Below are positions 10,897 to 24,363 of a stretch of 64,000 nucleotides of DNA, one piece after another (the first letter of the stretch is position 1; each line of letters starts with the position of its first letter). The notes beneath the pieces were generated by a model. That model was not told where the DNA came from and made no database searches. It worked only from the letters and a program-made list of their open reading frames with translations. Made by a program: the position numbers and the translations under genes. The stretch lies in the NCBI RefSeq assembly GCF_003334335.1, contig NZ_QOWQ01000016.1. The stretch is one strand, 5' to 3'. Source of the DNA: Escherichia coli (GTDB lineage: Bacteria; Pseudomonadota; Gammaproteobacteria; Enterobacterales; Enterobacteriaceae).

Positions 10897-11127
10897 TTAC
10901 GATTTTTTATGCCATTTATCATCATCCCCTTTGGCATATTCATGCTTCACAGCAGCCCAGGCCACTTTATGCGCGGTTTCTTCGCGACTGGCGTCATCAC
11001 GCCGATCTTCTTTATCTTTATATTGATCCCATGCGCTGTTGAATGCTTCTTTATAGATATCCTGGGCATGAGACGGTAGAACGTGCTTTACGCTTTCCGG
11101 CAGATCGCTTTTCGTTTTATACGGCAT
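10897..11127 (-). CDS. chaB: Cation transport regulator ChaB
   Basis: 76-aa ORF MPYKTKSDLPESVKHVLPSHAQDIYKEAFNSAWDQYKDKEDRRDDASREETAHKVAWAAVKHEYAKGDDDKWHKKS. Confidence 0.88.
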   Translation of the reverse strand: MPYKTKSDLPESVKHVLPSHAQDIYKEAFNSAWDQYKDKEDRRDDASREETAHKVAWAAVKHEYAKGDDDKWHKKS

Positions 11128-11396
11128 CGTTGACTCCTTTTACAAAGTTGAACATTAAGTGTGGTCAACAATATCTACTCTTGCCAAAACATAAGAATTT
11201 TCAGGTCAGACTCTTCTTAAGAAACGCTAAAACAAACATTGTCTAAACGTAATACTTATTTTTATGCCCCAATGAGTAAAAAATCGACAGCGGGGTAAAA
11301 ATTCGTAAAATGTTACCGATATCCAGACACTTTCTGTTATTTTTCCTACCTATTTTTTACATTTTCGATAAATTCATCTGCAAAGGGATAACCATA

Positions 11397-12497
11397 ATGT
11401 CAAATGCTCAAGAGGCGGTAAAAACCCGCCACAAGGAGACTTCGCTTATTTTCCCGGTTCTGGCGCTGGTAGTGCTGTTCCTGTGGGGAAGCAGCCAGAC
11501 ACTACCAGTGGTCATTGCCATCAATCTTCTTGCGCTTATTGGTATTTTAAGTAGCGCCTTTAGTGTTGTCCGTCATGCGGACGTATTAGCCCATCGCCTG
11601 GGAGAACCTTACGGTTCGCTTATTCTTAGCCTTTCAGTGGTTATTCTTGAAGTCAGTTTGATTTCAGCTTTAATGGCAACCGGCGACGCCGCGCCAACGC
11701 TAATGCGTGATACGCTCTATTCAATCATTATGATTGTTACCGGTGGGCTGGTTGGCTTTTCATTATTGTTGGGCGGTCGTAAGTTTGCCACCCAATATAT
11801 GAATCTGTTTGGTATCAAGCAGTATTTAATTGCGCTGTTCCCCCTGGCGATAATCGTACTGGTATTTCCAATGGCTCTGCCTGCGGCGAATTTTTCAACC
11901 GGTCAGGCGTTACTGGTAGCATTAATTTCTGCGGCAATGTATGGCGTATTTTTGCTGATCCAGACCAAAACGCATCAAAGTTTGTTTGTCTACGAGCACG
12001 AAGATGACAGTGATGATGACGACCCGCATCACGGTAAACCGTCTGCCCATAGCAGCCTGTGGCATGCTATCTGGTTGATTATCCATCTGATTGCCGTTAT
12101 TGCGGTGACCAAAATGAACGCCAGCTCGCTGGAGACATTGCTCGACAGCATGAATGCCCCTGTCGCCTTTACTGGCTTCCTGGTGGCACTGTTGATTCTG
12201 TCGCCGGAAGGTTTAGGTGCATTAAAAGCAGTGTTGAACAACCAGGTTCAGCGCGCGATGAATCTGTTCTTTGGTTCAGTGTTAGCAACCATTTCGCTTA
12301 CCGTACCTGTCGTCACGCTAATTGCCTTTATGACGGGTAACGAATTGCAGTTTGCACTTGGTGCGCCAGAAATGGTGGTGATGGTGGCCTCTTTAGTGCT
12401 GTGCCATATCTCCTTCTCCACCGGACGTACTAACGTGCTCAATGGCGCAGCGCATCTGGCACTGTTTGCCGCCTATTTGATGACGATATTTGCCTGA
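11397..12497 (+). CDS. chaA: Ca2+/H+ (Na+/H+) antiporter ChaA
   Basis: ORF 11310..12497; start placed at MSNAQEAVKTRHKETSLIF (366 aa), multi-TM antiporter; divergent from chaB. Confidence 0.88.
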   Translation: MSNAQEAVKTRHKETSLIFPVLALVVLFLWGSSQTLPVVIAINLLALIGILSSAFSVVRHADVLAHRLGEPYGSLILSLSVVILEVSLISALMATGDAAPTLMRDTLYSIIMIVTGGLVGFSLLLGGRKFATQYMNLFGIKQYLIALFPLAIIVLVFPMALPAANFSTGQALLVALISAAMYGVFLLIQTKTHQSLFVYEHEDDSDDDDPHHGKPSAHSSLWHAIWLIIHLIAVIAVTKMNASSLETLLDSMNAPVAFTGFLVALLILSPEGLGALKAVLNNQVQRAMNLFFGSVLATISLTVPVVTLIAFMTGNELQFALGAPEMVVMVASLVLCHISFSTGRTNVLNGAAHLALFAAYLMTIFA

Positions 12498-12783
12498 CAG
12501 TTATATCTCCTCCGATGACGGTAATCGGGGGAGATAATATAAATTCCTGCTTATTGTATTTCTTCATACTACCTGGACAGGTCGTTAATCAGAATTGCGA
12601 GCCTGTACCACACCCTGCACGAAACCACTGCAACAGCTGTTGAAAAGCCGGAATGTACTCTTCATTGCAAACATTTCAGGGATGAAGTGAAGATGAATTG
12701 CGACGTAGTATCCACACCAAGCCGGCGTTATCCGGTGAGGCGCAATGTTGCGGGGCTTTATCCCTGGTGGCATTGGTTGCTGG

Positions 12784-12853
12784 AAAGAGAAAACCCCCGC
12801 ACGTTGAGAGGTAAAACCTGACAACAAAACGGGGGCTAATCTTGAAACCAGAC
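12784..12853 (-). ncRNA. rdl: Rdl antisense RNA (antitoxin of the ldr type I toxin-antitoxin pair)
   Basis: Minus-strand sequence gtctggtttcaagattagcccccgttttgttgtcaggttttacctctcaacgtgcgggggttttctcttt matches my recollection of Rdl and ends in a hairpin plus U-tract; sits just upstream of ldr on the opposite strand. Ends are approximate. Confidence 0.45.
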
Positions 12854-12900
12854 ACTTCAAGAATAGCCGCAAAATGTTGTCATTACAACAAGGCGGCTAT

Positions 12901-13008
12901 ATGACGCTCGCGCAGTTTGCCATGATTTTCTGGCACGACCTGGCAGCACCGATCCTGGCGGGAATTATTACCGCAGCGATTGTCAGCTGGTGGCGTAACC
13001 GGAAGTAA
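12901..13008 (+). CDS. ldr: Ldr-family small toxic peptide (type I toxin, 35 aa)
   Basis: Translation by hand: MTLAQFAMIFWHDLAAPILAGIITAAIVSWWRNRK, the characteristic Ldr peptide; missed by the ORF track because it is under 60 aa. Confidence 0.85.
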   Translation: MTLAQFAMIFWHDLAAPILAGIITAAIVSWWRNRK

Positions 13009-13057
13009 GGTGAAAACGGGCGTCAGGCTGCCGTGATGGCAATATGCGCCCGAAACC

Positions 13058-13089
13058 GGCCGCAGGGGTAACAGCCTGCGGCCTTTTTT
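13058..13089 (+). terminator. Rho-independent terminator downstream of ldr
   Basis: GGCCGCAGG-N8-CCTGCGGCC stem followed by TTTTTT. Confidence 0.7.
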
Positions 13090-13156
13090 GTATCCGGCAC
13101 CCATGAAAAAAGTCTTAACGCAGAACGCTAATACTTTATTTTTCAAGCAAAAAAGA

Positions 13157-14020
<864 letters not shown>

Positions 14021-14046
14021 TTAATCTTGAGTAAAATGTCGATTAA

Positions 14047-14856
14047 TTAATGCAGCACAATATGTTTATGCGCGATGTTATTTATTTGCGCACGGATCAT
14101 TTCGCTGATCGGGTCTTCCGGACACTGTTCAACGAAATAACTTAAATCGTTCAACGCAACGTGTTCGCAATCCAGTTGCGCATAAATCAACCCGCGATCG
14201 CGAATTTCATAGGGATCTTCAGGGTTGAATTGTAATAAAGCTTCGCTGGTGCGTAACGCCAGCTCCATCTGATTTTCTTCCATCAACGAGGCTTTGAGTG
14301 TATCCAGCAATTTGCGGATTACCTCAATGTTATCAGCTTCATCAAGGTCTTCATAAAACAGTTCCGCCGACGGGCTGATATTTCCCTTTAACCATACGTC
14401 CAGCATATGTTCGCTTAACGATTCACCGTTAAAAGGATTAATCAGCCAAATTTCGCCATCCGGACATTCAATGCGCAATATCAGCTGCGTAGGGAAAATC
14501 ACCGGCAGCAGCGGCAAATCGAGACGATTCGCGACCCATAATAAAACCGCACCTAATGATACCGCACTGCCCTGTCGATTCTTTAACACCTGGTCCAGCC
14601 ATAATGCATCGGAAAGACGATAAACACCGCGTGAGGCTTTAAATCCCCAGTCGCCGTAAAACAGCGCGATCAGTTTTTCCAACTGCTCTTCTAAAGGCAG
14701 AAGCTGGCTGATTTCTTCCTTCGCCAGACTAACGAGACGCTCCAGTTCGTCGTAAACATCTTGCGAGGGAAAATCGCGGCGGATTGCTTCGCAAGCCAGG
14801 ATCATGCCTTCGCACAATGGCGCTTTATTAAATTCGAAATCAGCTAACGATCTCAT
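14047..14856 (-). CDS. sirB1: SirB1 / YchA (transglutaminase-like, TPR protein)
   Basis: 269-aa ORF; position between kdsA and sirB2/prmC as in K-12. Confidence 0.8.
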   Translation of the reverse strand: MRSLADFEFNKAPLCEGMILACEAIRRDFPSQDVYDELERLVSLAKEEISQLLPLEEQLEKLIALFYGDWGFKASRGVYRLSDALWLDQVLKNRQGSAVSLGAVLLWVANRLDLPLLPVIFPTQLILRIECPDGEIWLINPFNGESLSEHMLDVWLKGNISPSAELFYEDLDEADNIEVIRKLLDTLKASLMEENQMELALRTSEALLQFNPEDPYEIRDRGLIYAQLDCEHVALNDLSYFVEQCPEDPISEMIRAQINNIAHKHIVLH

Positions 14857-14859
14857 GAC

Positions 14860-15252
14860 TTACCCCAGTAACGGTACTTTTGTGGTGGCGAGTTTAATGA
14901 TGATGTACAGCACCACCAACGCCAGCGGGAAGGCAATAATGCGCGCCTGCTGACTGTGCATACGACGATAATCGAGTGCAATAAAACCCAAAACGATATA
15001 AATGATAACTCCAAACAGCTTTTCAGTCAGCCACTGTGCCTGCCCGGAAAATGGCAGGATGTGCGCTTTAGCCATCAACGCAATGCCGCTTAACAGTAAC
15101 AGCGTATCGACAACCGGCGGCACAATGCGCGTCCAGCGAGCAAATGCCTGTGGATGCTTCTGATAACGTAGCCAGAAACGTAAGGTTAATAGCCCAACAG
15201 AAAGCGCGATACTAATAAGATGAACACTAAGCAGTGTAGAAAAACTTGTCAT
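14860..15252 (-). CDS. sirB2: SirB2 / YchQ small inner membrane protein
   Basis: 130-aa hydrophobic ORF; 4-bp overlap with the prmC stop. Confidence 0.8.
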   Translation of the reverse strand: MTSFSTLLSVHLISIALSVGLLTLRFWLRYQKHPQAFARWTRIVPPVVDTLLLLSGIALMAKAHILPFSGQAQWLTEKLFGVIIYIVLGFIALDYRRMHSQQARIIAFPLALVVLYIIIKLATTKVPLLG

Positions 15253-16082
15253 TGATAATAGCGGCCGAGCGTTACGCGCTCGTTATCACCATAGTCACGG
15301 CAGGTTTCGACGTCATGATACCCCGCGAGGATAAATGCTTGTCGCACCGCTTCGCCCTGCTGCCAGCCATGTTCCAGAAGCAGAAAGCCGCCGGATACCA
15401 GCGCGTTACGCGACTGTTCGATGATATGCACGATGTCTGCCATTCCACTGTCTGCCGCAACCAGCGCAGTGAGCGGCTCAAAGCGGACATCGCCTTGTTG
15501 AAGATGAGGGTCCTGCTCGTCAATATACGGCGGATTGCTGACAATCATCGCAAACTGCTGCCCGGCTAGCGCGCTAAACCAGTCGCTTTGCAGAATGTGG
15601 ATATTTTTGATCGCCAGATGCTGGGCATTACGTTGTGCCAGGGAGACAGCATCAGGCATACGATCTACAGCGATAATTTCGCAGTCCGGGCGCTCGCTAG
15701 CCAGCGCAAGCGCAATCGCCCCGGTACCCGTCCCGAGATCGAGAATACGGCAAGGTTGTTCAGGCAACCGCGCCAGTGCCTGCTCCACCAGACACTCCGT
15801 ATCCGGGCGCGGAATTAAGGTCGCTGGCGAAACAAATAACGGCAACGACCAGAATTCTCGCACCCCGGTTAAATGAGCAATGGGTTCACCATCGCGACGA
15901 CGTGTCAGTAGCGCATCAAGTTGCTGACATTGTTCGTCAGTCAGCTGCGTTTCACCAAAGGCGAGAATAAAAGTACGCCCTCTGCCGGTAACATGCTCCA
16001 GCAGGATTTCAGCATCACGCCGCGGGCTTTCGCTCGCCTGAAGTTGGCTTATTGCTTCACGTAACCAGTGTTGATATTCCAT
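15249..16082 (-). CDS. prmC: Release factor glutamine N5-methyltransferase PrmC (HemK)
   Basis: 277-aa ORF with SAM-binding motif (ILDLGTGTGAIALALA) and NPPY motif; overlaps the prfA stop. Confidence 0.92.
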   Translation of the reverse strand: MEYQHWLREAISQLQASESPRRDAEILLEHVTGRGRTFILAFGETQLTDEQCQQLDALLTRRRDGEPIAHLTGVREFWSLPLFVSPATLIPRPDTECLVEQALARLPEQPCRILDLGTGTGAIALALASERPDCEIIAVDRMPDAVSLAQRNAQHLAIKNIHILQSDWFSALAGQQFAMIVSNPPYIDEQDPHLQQGDVRFEPLTALVAADSGMADIVHIIEQSRNALVSGGFLLLEHGWQQGEAVRQAFILAGYHDVETCRDYGDNERVTLGRYYQ

Positions 16083-17164
16083 TATTCCTGCTCGGACAAC
16101 GCCGCCAGTTGGTCGGCCTGATGTTCCTGGATAATCGGTTCAATCAGCATATCCAGCTTACCTTCCATCACTTCATCCAGGCGGTAGAGCGTCAGGTTGA
16201 TGCGGTGATCGGTAACGCGCCCCTGCGGGAAGTTGTAAGTACGGTTACGGTCGCTGCGATCGCCACTCCCCAGCAGGTTACGACGGGTAGACGCTTCGGC
16301 CTGTTGGCGTTTTGCCATTTCAGCAGCGTGGATGCGAGCACCGAGAACAGAAAGTGCTTTAGCTTTGTTTTTATGTTGTGAACGTTCGTCCTGACATTCA
16401 ACAACAATCCCGGTCGGCAAGTGAGTAATACGAATTGCCGAATCGGTGGTGTTAACGTGCTGACCACCCGCCCCTGACGAGCGGAAAGTATCAATGCGTA
16501 AATCTGCTGGGTTGATGTCCGGCAGTTCTGCGTCAGGCAGTTCTGGCATTACCGCAACGGTACAAGCAGAAGTATGAATACGACCCTGCGATTCCGTAGC
16601 AGGAACACGTTGCACGCGATGACCGCCGGATTCAAATTTCAGACGACCATACACACCATCACCGCTAATTTTGGCGATGATCTCTTTATAACCACCATGT
16701 TCACCCTCGCTGGCGCTCATGATTTCTACCCGCCAGCGGCGGGCTTCGGCATAACGGCTGTACATACGGAACAGATCGCCCGCGAACAGCGCCGCTTCGT
16801 CGCCGCCGGTTCCGGCTCGGACTTCGAGGAAGGCGTTACGTTCGTCATCAGGATCTTTTGGCAGTAACAGAACCTGTAATTGCTGTTCCAGTTGCTCGCT
16901 TTTTTCTTTAGCTTCGCGCAGTTCATCCTGCGCCATCTCACGCATTTCAGGATCATCGAGCATCATCTGTGCGGTTTCGATATCTTCCTGAACCTGTTGC
17001 CAGTCGGTAAAACAGCGCGAAACATCACTTAACTGCGCATATTCGCGTGATAATGCGCGAAAACGTTCCTGGTCGGCGATAGTTTGCGCGTCACCCAGCA
17101 ACGCCTGAACTTCTTCATGGCGTTCATGCAGGGCTTCCAGTTTGGCAACGATAGAAGGCTTCAT
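16082..17164 (-). CDS. prfA: Peptide chain release factor 1
   Basis: 360-aa ORF with GGQ motif ([11 protein letters not shown]) and PxT-type region. Confidence 0.95.
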
Positions 17165-17205
17165 AGGCGTAAATGCACCCTGTAAAAAAAGAAAATGATG
17201 TACTG

Positions 17206-18462
17206 CTACTCCAGCCCGAGGCTGTCGCGCAGAATATTCAGGCGTTCGTTATCCCCGTCACGGGCGGCCTGTTGAAGTGATTTCGTTGGCGCATGGATCA
17301 AGCGGTTAGTCAGTTTCCATGCCAGATCCTGCATAATGGCTTGCGCGTCGCCGCCCTGCTCAAGGGCCGCTAACGCTTTGGCGGTTAACTCATCGCGAAC
17401 TTGCTCTGCCTGGCTGCGATACTCGCGAATGGTTTCGCTGGCGCTTTGTGCTCGCAGCCACGCCATAAATTCGCTGGTTTCCTGAGCGACAATAGTTTCC
17501 GCCTCAACCGCTGCGGCTTTACGCTGCGCCAGGTTGTGCGAAATGATGCTTTGCAGATCATCAACGCTATAAAGATAAGCATTCGCCAGTTTGCCAACTT
17601 CCGGCTCAACATCGCGCGGAACGGCAATATCCACCAACAGCATTGGTTGGTTGCGACGGCTTTTTAATGCGCGCTCCACCATGCCTTTCCCGATAATCGG
17701 TAACGGGCTGGCGGTGGAACTGATGATGATATCGGCTTCGCGCAGACGTTCGTCGATATCACTCAGGGCAATCACTTCCGCGCCGACTTCATCTGCCAGA
17801 ATTTGGGCACGTTCGCGAGTGCGGTTGGCGATAATCATCTTCTGTACTTTGTGTTCGCGCAGATGACGCGCCACCAGCTCGATAGTTTCGCCCGCGCCTA
17901 CCAGCAACACTGTGACCGTAGAGAGCGATTCAAAGATCTGCCGCGCCAGCGTACAAGCCGCAAAAGCGACAGACACAGCGCTGGCACCGATATCTGTTTC
18001 AGTGCGAACGCGTTTCGCGACAGAGAAAGATTTCTGGAACATGCGTTCCAGTTCGCTGGCCTTCATATGACCTTTTTGCGAATCGGCAAACGCTTTTTTA
18101 ACCTGACCGAGGATCTGCGGCTCCCCCAGAACCAGTGAATCCAGGCCGCTGGCAACACGCATTAAATGGCTAACCGCGTCGTTATCCTGATGCCAGTAGA
18201 GGCTTTTACGCAGATCTTCTTCATTAAGATTGTGATAATCGCAAAGCCAGCGGATTAACGCCTCTTGCAGGTTGTCCTGCTCTTCAACGCTAAGATAAAG
18301 TTCCGTGCGGTTGCACGTCGACAGCACCACGCCGCCCTGCACCATCGGCTGCGCAAGCAGGCTGTCAAGCGCCTGATCGAGCTTATCCGGCGAAAACGAT
18401 ACACGTTCTCGCAGCGATACAGGTGCCGTTTTATGGTTGATACCGAGTGCTAAAAGGGTCAT
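17206..18462 (-). CDS. hemA: Glutamyl-tRNA reductase HemA
   Basis: ORF 17206..18660; start placed at [21 protein letters not shown] (418 aa); the 66-codon N-terminal extension in the track is rejected. Confidence 0.92.
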
Positions 18463-18606
18463 GTCTGCGGGAAATAATACCAACGTTGATAGGGTTAGTC
18501 TGCTTGCATCATACAGGATGCGTAAGATCAATAAAAGAGAGCGCCCCCTTTTGGAGTAATTGCCGAAAGCCGTTAGATTCTGGCAATTAAGACAACTTGA
18601 ACATAG

Positions 18607-19298
<692 letters not shown>

Positions 19299-19299
<1 letters not shown>

Positions 19300-20150
19300 T
19301 GCGGACACAGTGGCCCTCTCCGGCAAAACTTAATCTGTTTTTATACATTACCGGTCAGCGTGCGGATGGTTACCACACGCTGCAAACGCTGTTTCAGTTT
19401 CTTGATTACGGCGACACCATCAGCATTGAGCTTCGTGACGATGGGGATATTCGTCTGTTAACGCCCGTTGAAGGCGTGGAACATGAAGATAACCTGATCG
19501 TTCGCGCAGCGCGATTGTTGATGAAAACTGCGGCAGACAGCGGGCGTCTTCCGACGGGAAGCGGTGCGAATATCAGCATTGACAAGCGTTTGCCGATGGG
19601 CGGCGGTCTCGGCGGTGGTTCATCCAATGCCGCGACGGTCCTGGTGGCATTAAATCATCTCTGGCAATGCGGGCTAAGCATGGATGAGCTGGCGGAAATG
19701 GGGCTGACGCTGGGCGCAGATGTTCCTGTCTTTGTTCGGGGGCATGCCGCGTTTGCCGAAGGCGTTGGTGAAATACTAACGCCGGTGGATCCGCCAGAGA
19801 AGTGGTATCTGGTGGCGCACCCTGGTGTAAGTATTCCGACTCCGGTGATTTTTAAAGATCCTGAACTCCCGCGCAATACGCCAAAAAGGTCAATAGAAAC
19901 GTTGCTAAAATGTGAATTCAGCAATGATTGCGAGGTTATCGCAAGAAAACGTTTTCGCGAGGTTGATGCGGTGCTTTCCTGGCTGTTAGAATACGCCCCG
20001 TCGCGCCTGACTGGGACAGGGGCCTGTGTCTTTGCTGAATTTGATACAGAGTCTGAAGCCCGCCAGGTGCTAGAGCAAGCCCCGGAATGGCTCAATGGCT
20101 TTGTGGCGAAAGGCGCTAATCTTTCCCCATTGCACAGAGCCATGCTTTAA
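19299..20150 (+). CDS. ispE: 4-diphosphocytidyl-2-C-methyl-D-erythritol kinase IspE
   Basis: 283-aa GHMP kinase ([14 protein letters not shown] motif); start overlaps the lolB stop. Confidence 0.93.
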
Positions 20151-20174
20151 GCCGGGCAAGCTGAGTTTCGGTGA

Positions 20175-21248
<1,074 letters not shown>

Positions 21249-21265
21249 TCGAACCCGGCTCAAAG

Positions 21266-21287
21266 ACCCGCTGCGGCGGGTTTTTTT
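21266..21287 (+). terminator. Rho-independent terminator after prs
   Basis: CCCGC-tgcg-GCGGG hairpin followed by TTTTTTT. Confidence 0.7.
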
Positions 21288-21372
21288 GTCTGTAATATCC
21301 ATTTGTATGACCTATGCCTCCTTCACCTGCCATTTAGTTGACAGATGATGCGCTCACGGATGAAACATTATT

Positions 21373-23052
21373 GTGAACAAAATATTTTCCTCACATGTGA
21401 TGCCTTTCCGCGCTCTGATCGACGCTTGCTGGAAAGAAAAATATACTGCCGCACGGTTTACCCGTGACCTGATTGCCGGGATAACCGTCGGGATTATTGC
21501 TATCCCGCTGGCGATGGCGTTGGCTATTGGTAGTGGTGTGGCACCCCAGTACGGTTTATATACCGCAGCTGTTGCGGGGATTGTCATTGCTCTGACGGGT
21601 GGGTCACGCTTTAGCGTTTCCGGTCCGACTGCGGCATTTGTGGTAATTCTCTATCCCGTGTCGCAACAGTTTGGACTGGCAGGACTGCTGGTTGCGACCT
21701 TGCTGTCGGGGATCTTTTTGATTCTGATGGGTCTGGCACGCTTTGGTCGCCTGATTGAGTATATTCCGGTTTCCGTCACCTTAGGTTTCACCTCGGGTAT
21801 CGGGATCACCATCGGTACCATGCAGATTAAAGATTTTCTCGGTCTGCAAATGGCCCATGTCCCGGAACATTATCTACAAAAAGTCGGCGCATTATTTATG
21901 GCGCTGCCGACCATTAATGTGGGTGATGCTGCCATTGGCATTGTGACGCTAGGTATTCTTGTTTTTTGGCCGCGTCTGGGCATTCGTTTACCCGGTCACC
22001 TTCCGGCCTTGCTGGCTGGTTGCGCGGTGATGGGGATTGTTAACCTGCTCGGCGGACATGTTGCTACCATCGGTTCGCAATTCCACTACGTCCTGGCCGA
22101 TGGTTCTCAGGGTAACGGTATTCCGCAACTGCTGCCGCAACTGGTGCTGCCGTGGGATCTGCCTAATTCAGAATTCACGCTAACCTGGGATTCTATTCGC
22201 ACACTGCTGCCTGCGGCATTCTCAATGGCAATGCTCGGCGCAATCGAATCTCTGCTCTGCGCCGTGGTGCTGGATGGTATGACCGGGACGAAACACAAGG
22301 CGAACAGCGAACTGGTTGGACAGGGACTGGGGAATATTATCGCTCCGTTCTTTGGTGGTATTACCGCTACAGCTGCCATCGCGCGTTCTGCCGCTAACGT
22401 CCGTGCCGGGGCAACGTCCCCTATCTCGGCGGTGATCCACTCTATTCTGGTTATTCTTGCCCTGCTGGTACTGGCACCGCTGCTCTCCTGGCTGCCGCTT
22501 TCCGCCATGGCAGCCCTGCTGTTGATGGTGGCGTGGAACATGAGTGAAGCGCACAAAGTGGTCGACTTGCTGCGTCATGCGCCGAAAGATGACATCATCG
22601 TCATGCTGCTGTGCATGTCGCTGACCGTGTTGTTTGATATGGTTATTGCCATCAGCGTGGGGATCGTGCTGGCATCGCTGCTGTTTATGCGTCGTATCGC
22701 ACGTATGACTCGCCTGGCACCGGTAGTCGTAGATGTTCCAGACGATGTCCTGGTTCTGCGCGTTATTGGCCCGCTGTTTTTTGCTGCTGCTGAAGGCTTA
22801 TTCACGGACCTGGAGTCACGTCTTGAAGGCAAACGGATTGTGATTCTGAAGTGGGATGCCGTTCCGGTACTTGATGCTGGTGGTCTTGATGCGTTCCAGC
22901 GTTTTGTGAAGCGTCTGCCCGAGGGATGTGAACTGCGCGTGTGCAACGTGGAATTCCAGCCACTGCGCACTATGGCTCGCGCTGGCATTCAACCGATCCC
23001 GGGACGCCTGGCGTTCTTCCCGAATCGTCGCGCGGCGATGGCGGATTTATAA
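21373..23052 (+). CDS. dauA: C4-dicarboxylic acid (aerobic succinate) transporter DauA/YchM (SulP family with STAS domain)
   Basis: 559-aa multi-TM ORF with C-terminal STAS-like region; synteny. Confidence 0.88.
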
Positions 23053-23106
23053 GTACGAGATTGACCAGTCAGCGCAAACTGACTGGTCAGCAAACTGCAT
23101 TATTTG

Positions 23107-23385
23107 TTAGCTATGACGGCGATTATCGCTACGGCGGCAACGTTTGTCATAGTGGCGAACCCACCAGTAACGGTCGCACACCTGTTCATGCCCGCCAACA
23201 CGGGCACCCGCCAGCCAGAGAATGGCACCGACGAAAATACTTAGCACTGCACCATGTGCGAAATACTGGGGCATATTAAACTGTGGTAACTGGTTGAGGA
23301 TTGAATACCCCACGCCGACCACCATTACCACCAGACCCAACCCCATGAGCACGTTACCGAGTAACGAAGCGTTTTTGCGTTTCAT
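23107..23385 (-). CDS. ychH: Small inner membrane stress-induced protein YchH
   Basis: 92-aa ORF MKRKNASLLGNVLMGLGLVVMVVGVGYSILNQLPQF... Confidence 0.85.
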   Translation of the reverse strand: MKRKNASLLGNVLMGLGLVVMVVGVGYSILNQLPQFNMPQYFAHGAVLSIFVGAILWLAGARVGGHEQVCDRYWWVRHYDKRCRRSDNRRHS

Positions 23386-23662
23386 ATGTCACCTCCGGAA
23401 CTTTCTGGGTTGTAACAGGGAATACCCCTCTTCCTTATGTGTAAAGTATAGACAACACCCAGTGGGTTATGTGCGGGCGTGATCACAATTACAACCCTTA
23501 TTTCAACAAAACTTTACAAATAAACGCCTGAACACCTTGACTTTCTAATAGTCCACTCAGGCAATTATTACGTTATCTGCATTTGATACGCAGTTTTTTG
23601 TCAAGCGGGGCCGCAACCAGTAAACTACGCGCCAGTTATGTACACACTCAGGACAAAAAAAC

Positions 23663-24247
23663 GTGACGATTAAATTGATTGTCGGCCTGGCGAACCCCGG
23701 TGCTGAATACGCCGCAACGCGACATAATGCTGGTGCCTGGTTCGTTGACTTACTGGCAGAGCGTTTGCGCGCTCCGCTGCGCGAAGAGGCTAAATTCTTT
23801 GGTTATACTTCGCGAGTCACTCTTGGAGGCGAAGATGTCCGCCTGTTAGTCCCGACTACATTTATGAATCTCAGCGGCAAAGCCGTTGCGGCGATGGCCA
23901 GTTTTTTCCGCATTAATCCGGACGAAATTCTGGTGGCCCACGACGAACTGGATCTGCCTCCTGGCGTCGCCAAATTTAAATTGGGCGGTGGCCATGGTGG
24001 TCACAATGGACTGAAAGACATCATCAGTAAATTGGGTAATAACCCTAACTTTCACCGTTTACGCATCGGAATCGGTCATCCGGGCGATAAAAATAAAGTT
24101 GTCGGTTTTGTGTTAGGCAAACCGCCTGTTAGTGAACAGAAGTTAATTGATGAAGCCATTGACGAAGCGGCGCGTTGTACTGAAATGTGGTTTACAGATG
24201 GCTTGACCAAAGCAACGAACCGATTGCACGCCTTTAAAGCGCAATAA
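23663..24247 (+). CDS. pth: Peptidyl-tRNA hydrolase
   Basis: 194-aa [35 protein letters not shown]... Confidence 0.95.
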
Positions 24248-24363
24248 GTCGTTGTCTGCGGCATTTTTGCCGAGTGCCGTGTATAATAGGCAAAGTTATT
24301 TCCATTTCTGCAATCTGTTAGCAATAACAGGTTGATTATTAAGATATTAAGGTGATTTAAATC

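Noticed and set aside
12585-12872. 95-aa minus-strand ORF upstream of ldr
   Set aside because: Overlaps the ldr leader and the proposed Rdl RNA; no RBS and no recognisable protein features, so it is most likely a chance ORF.
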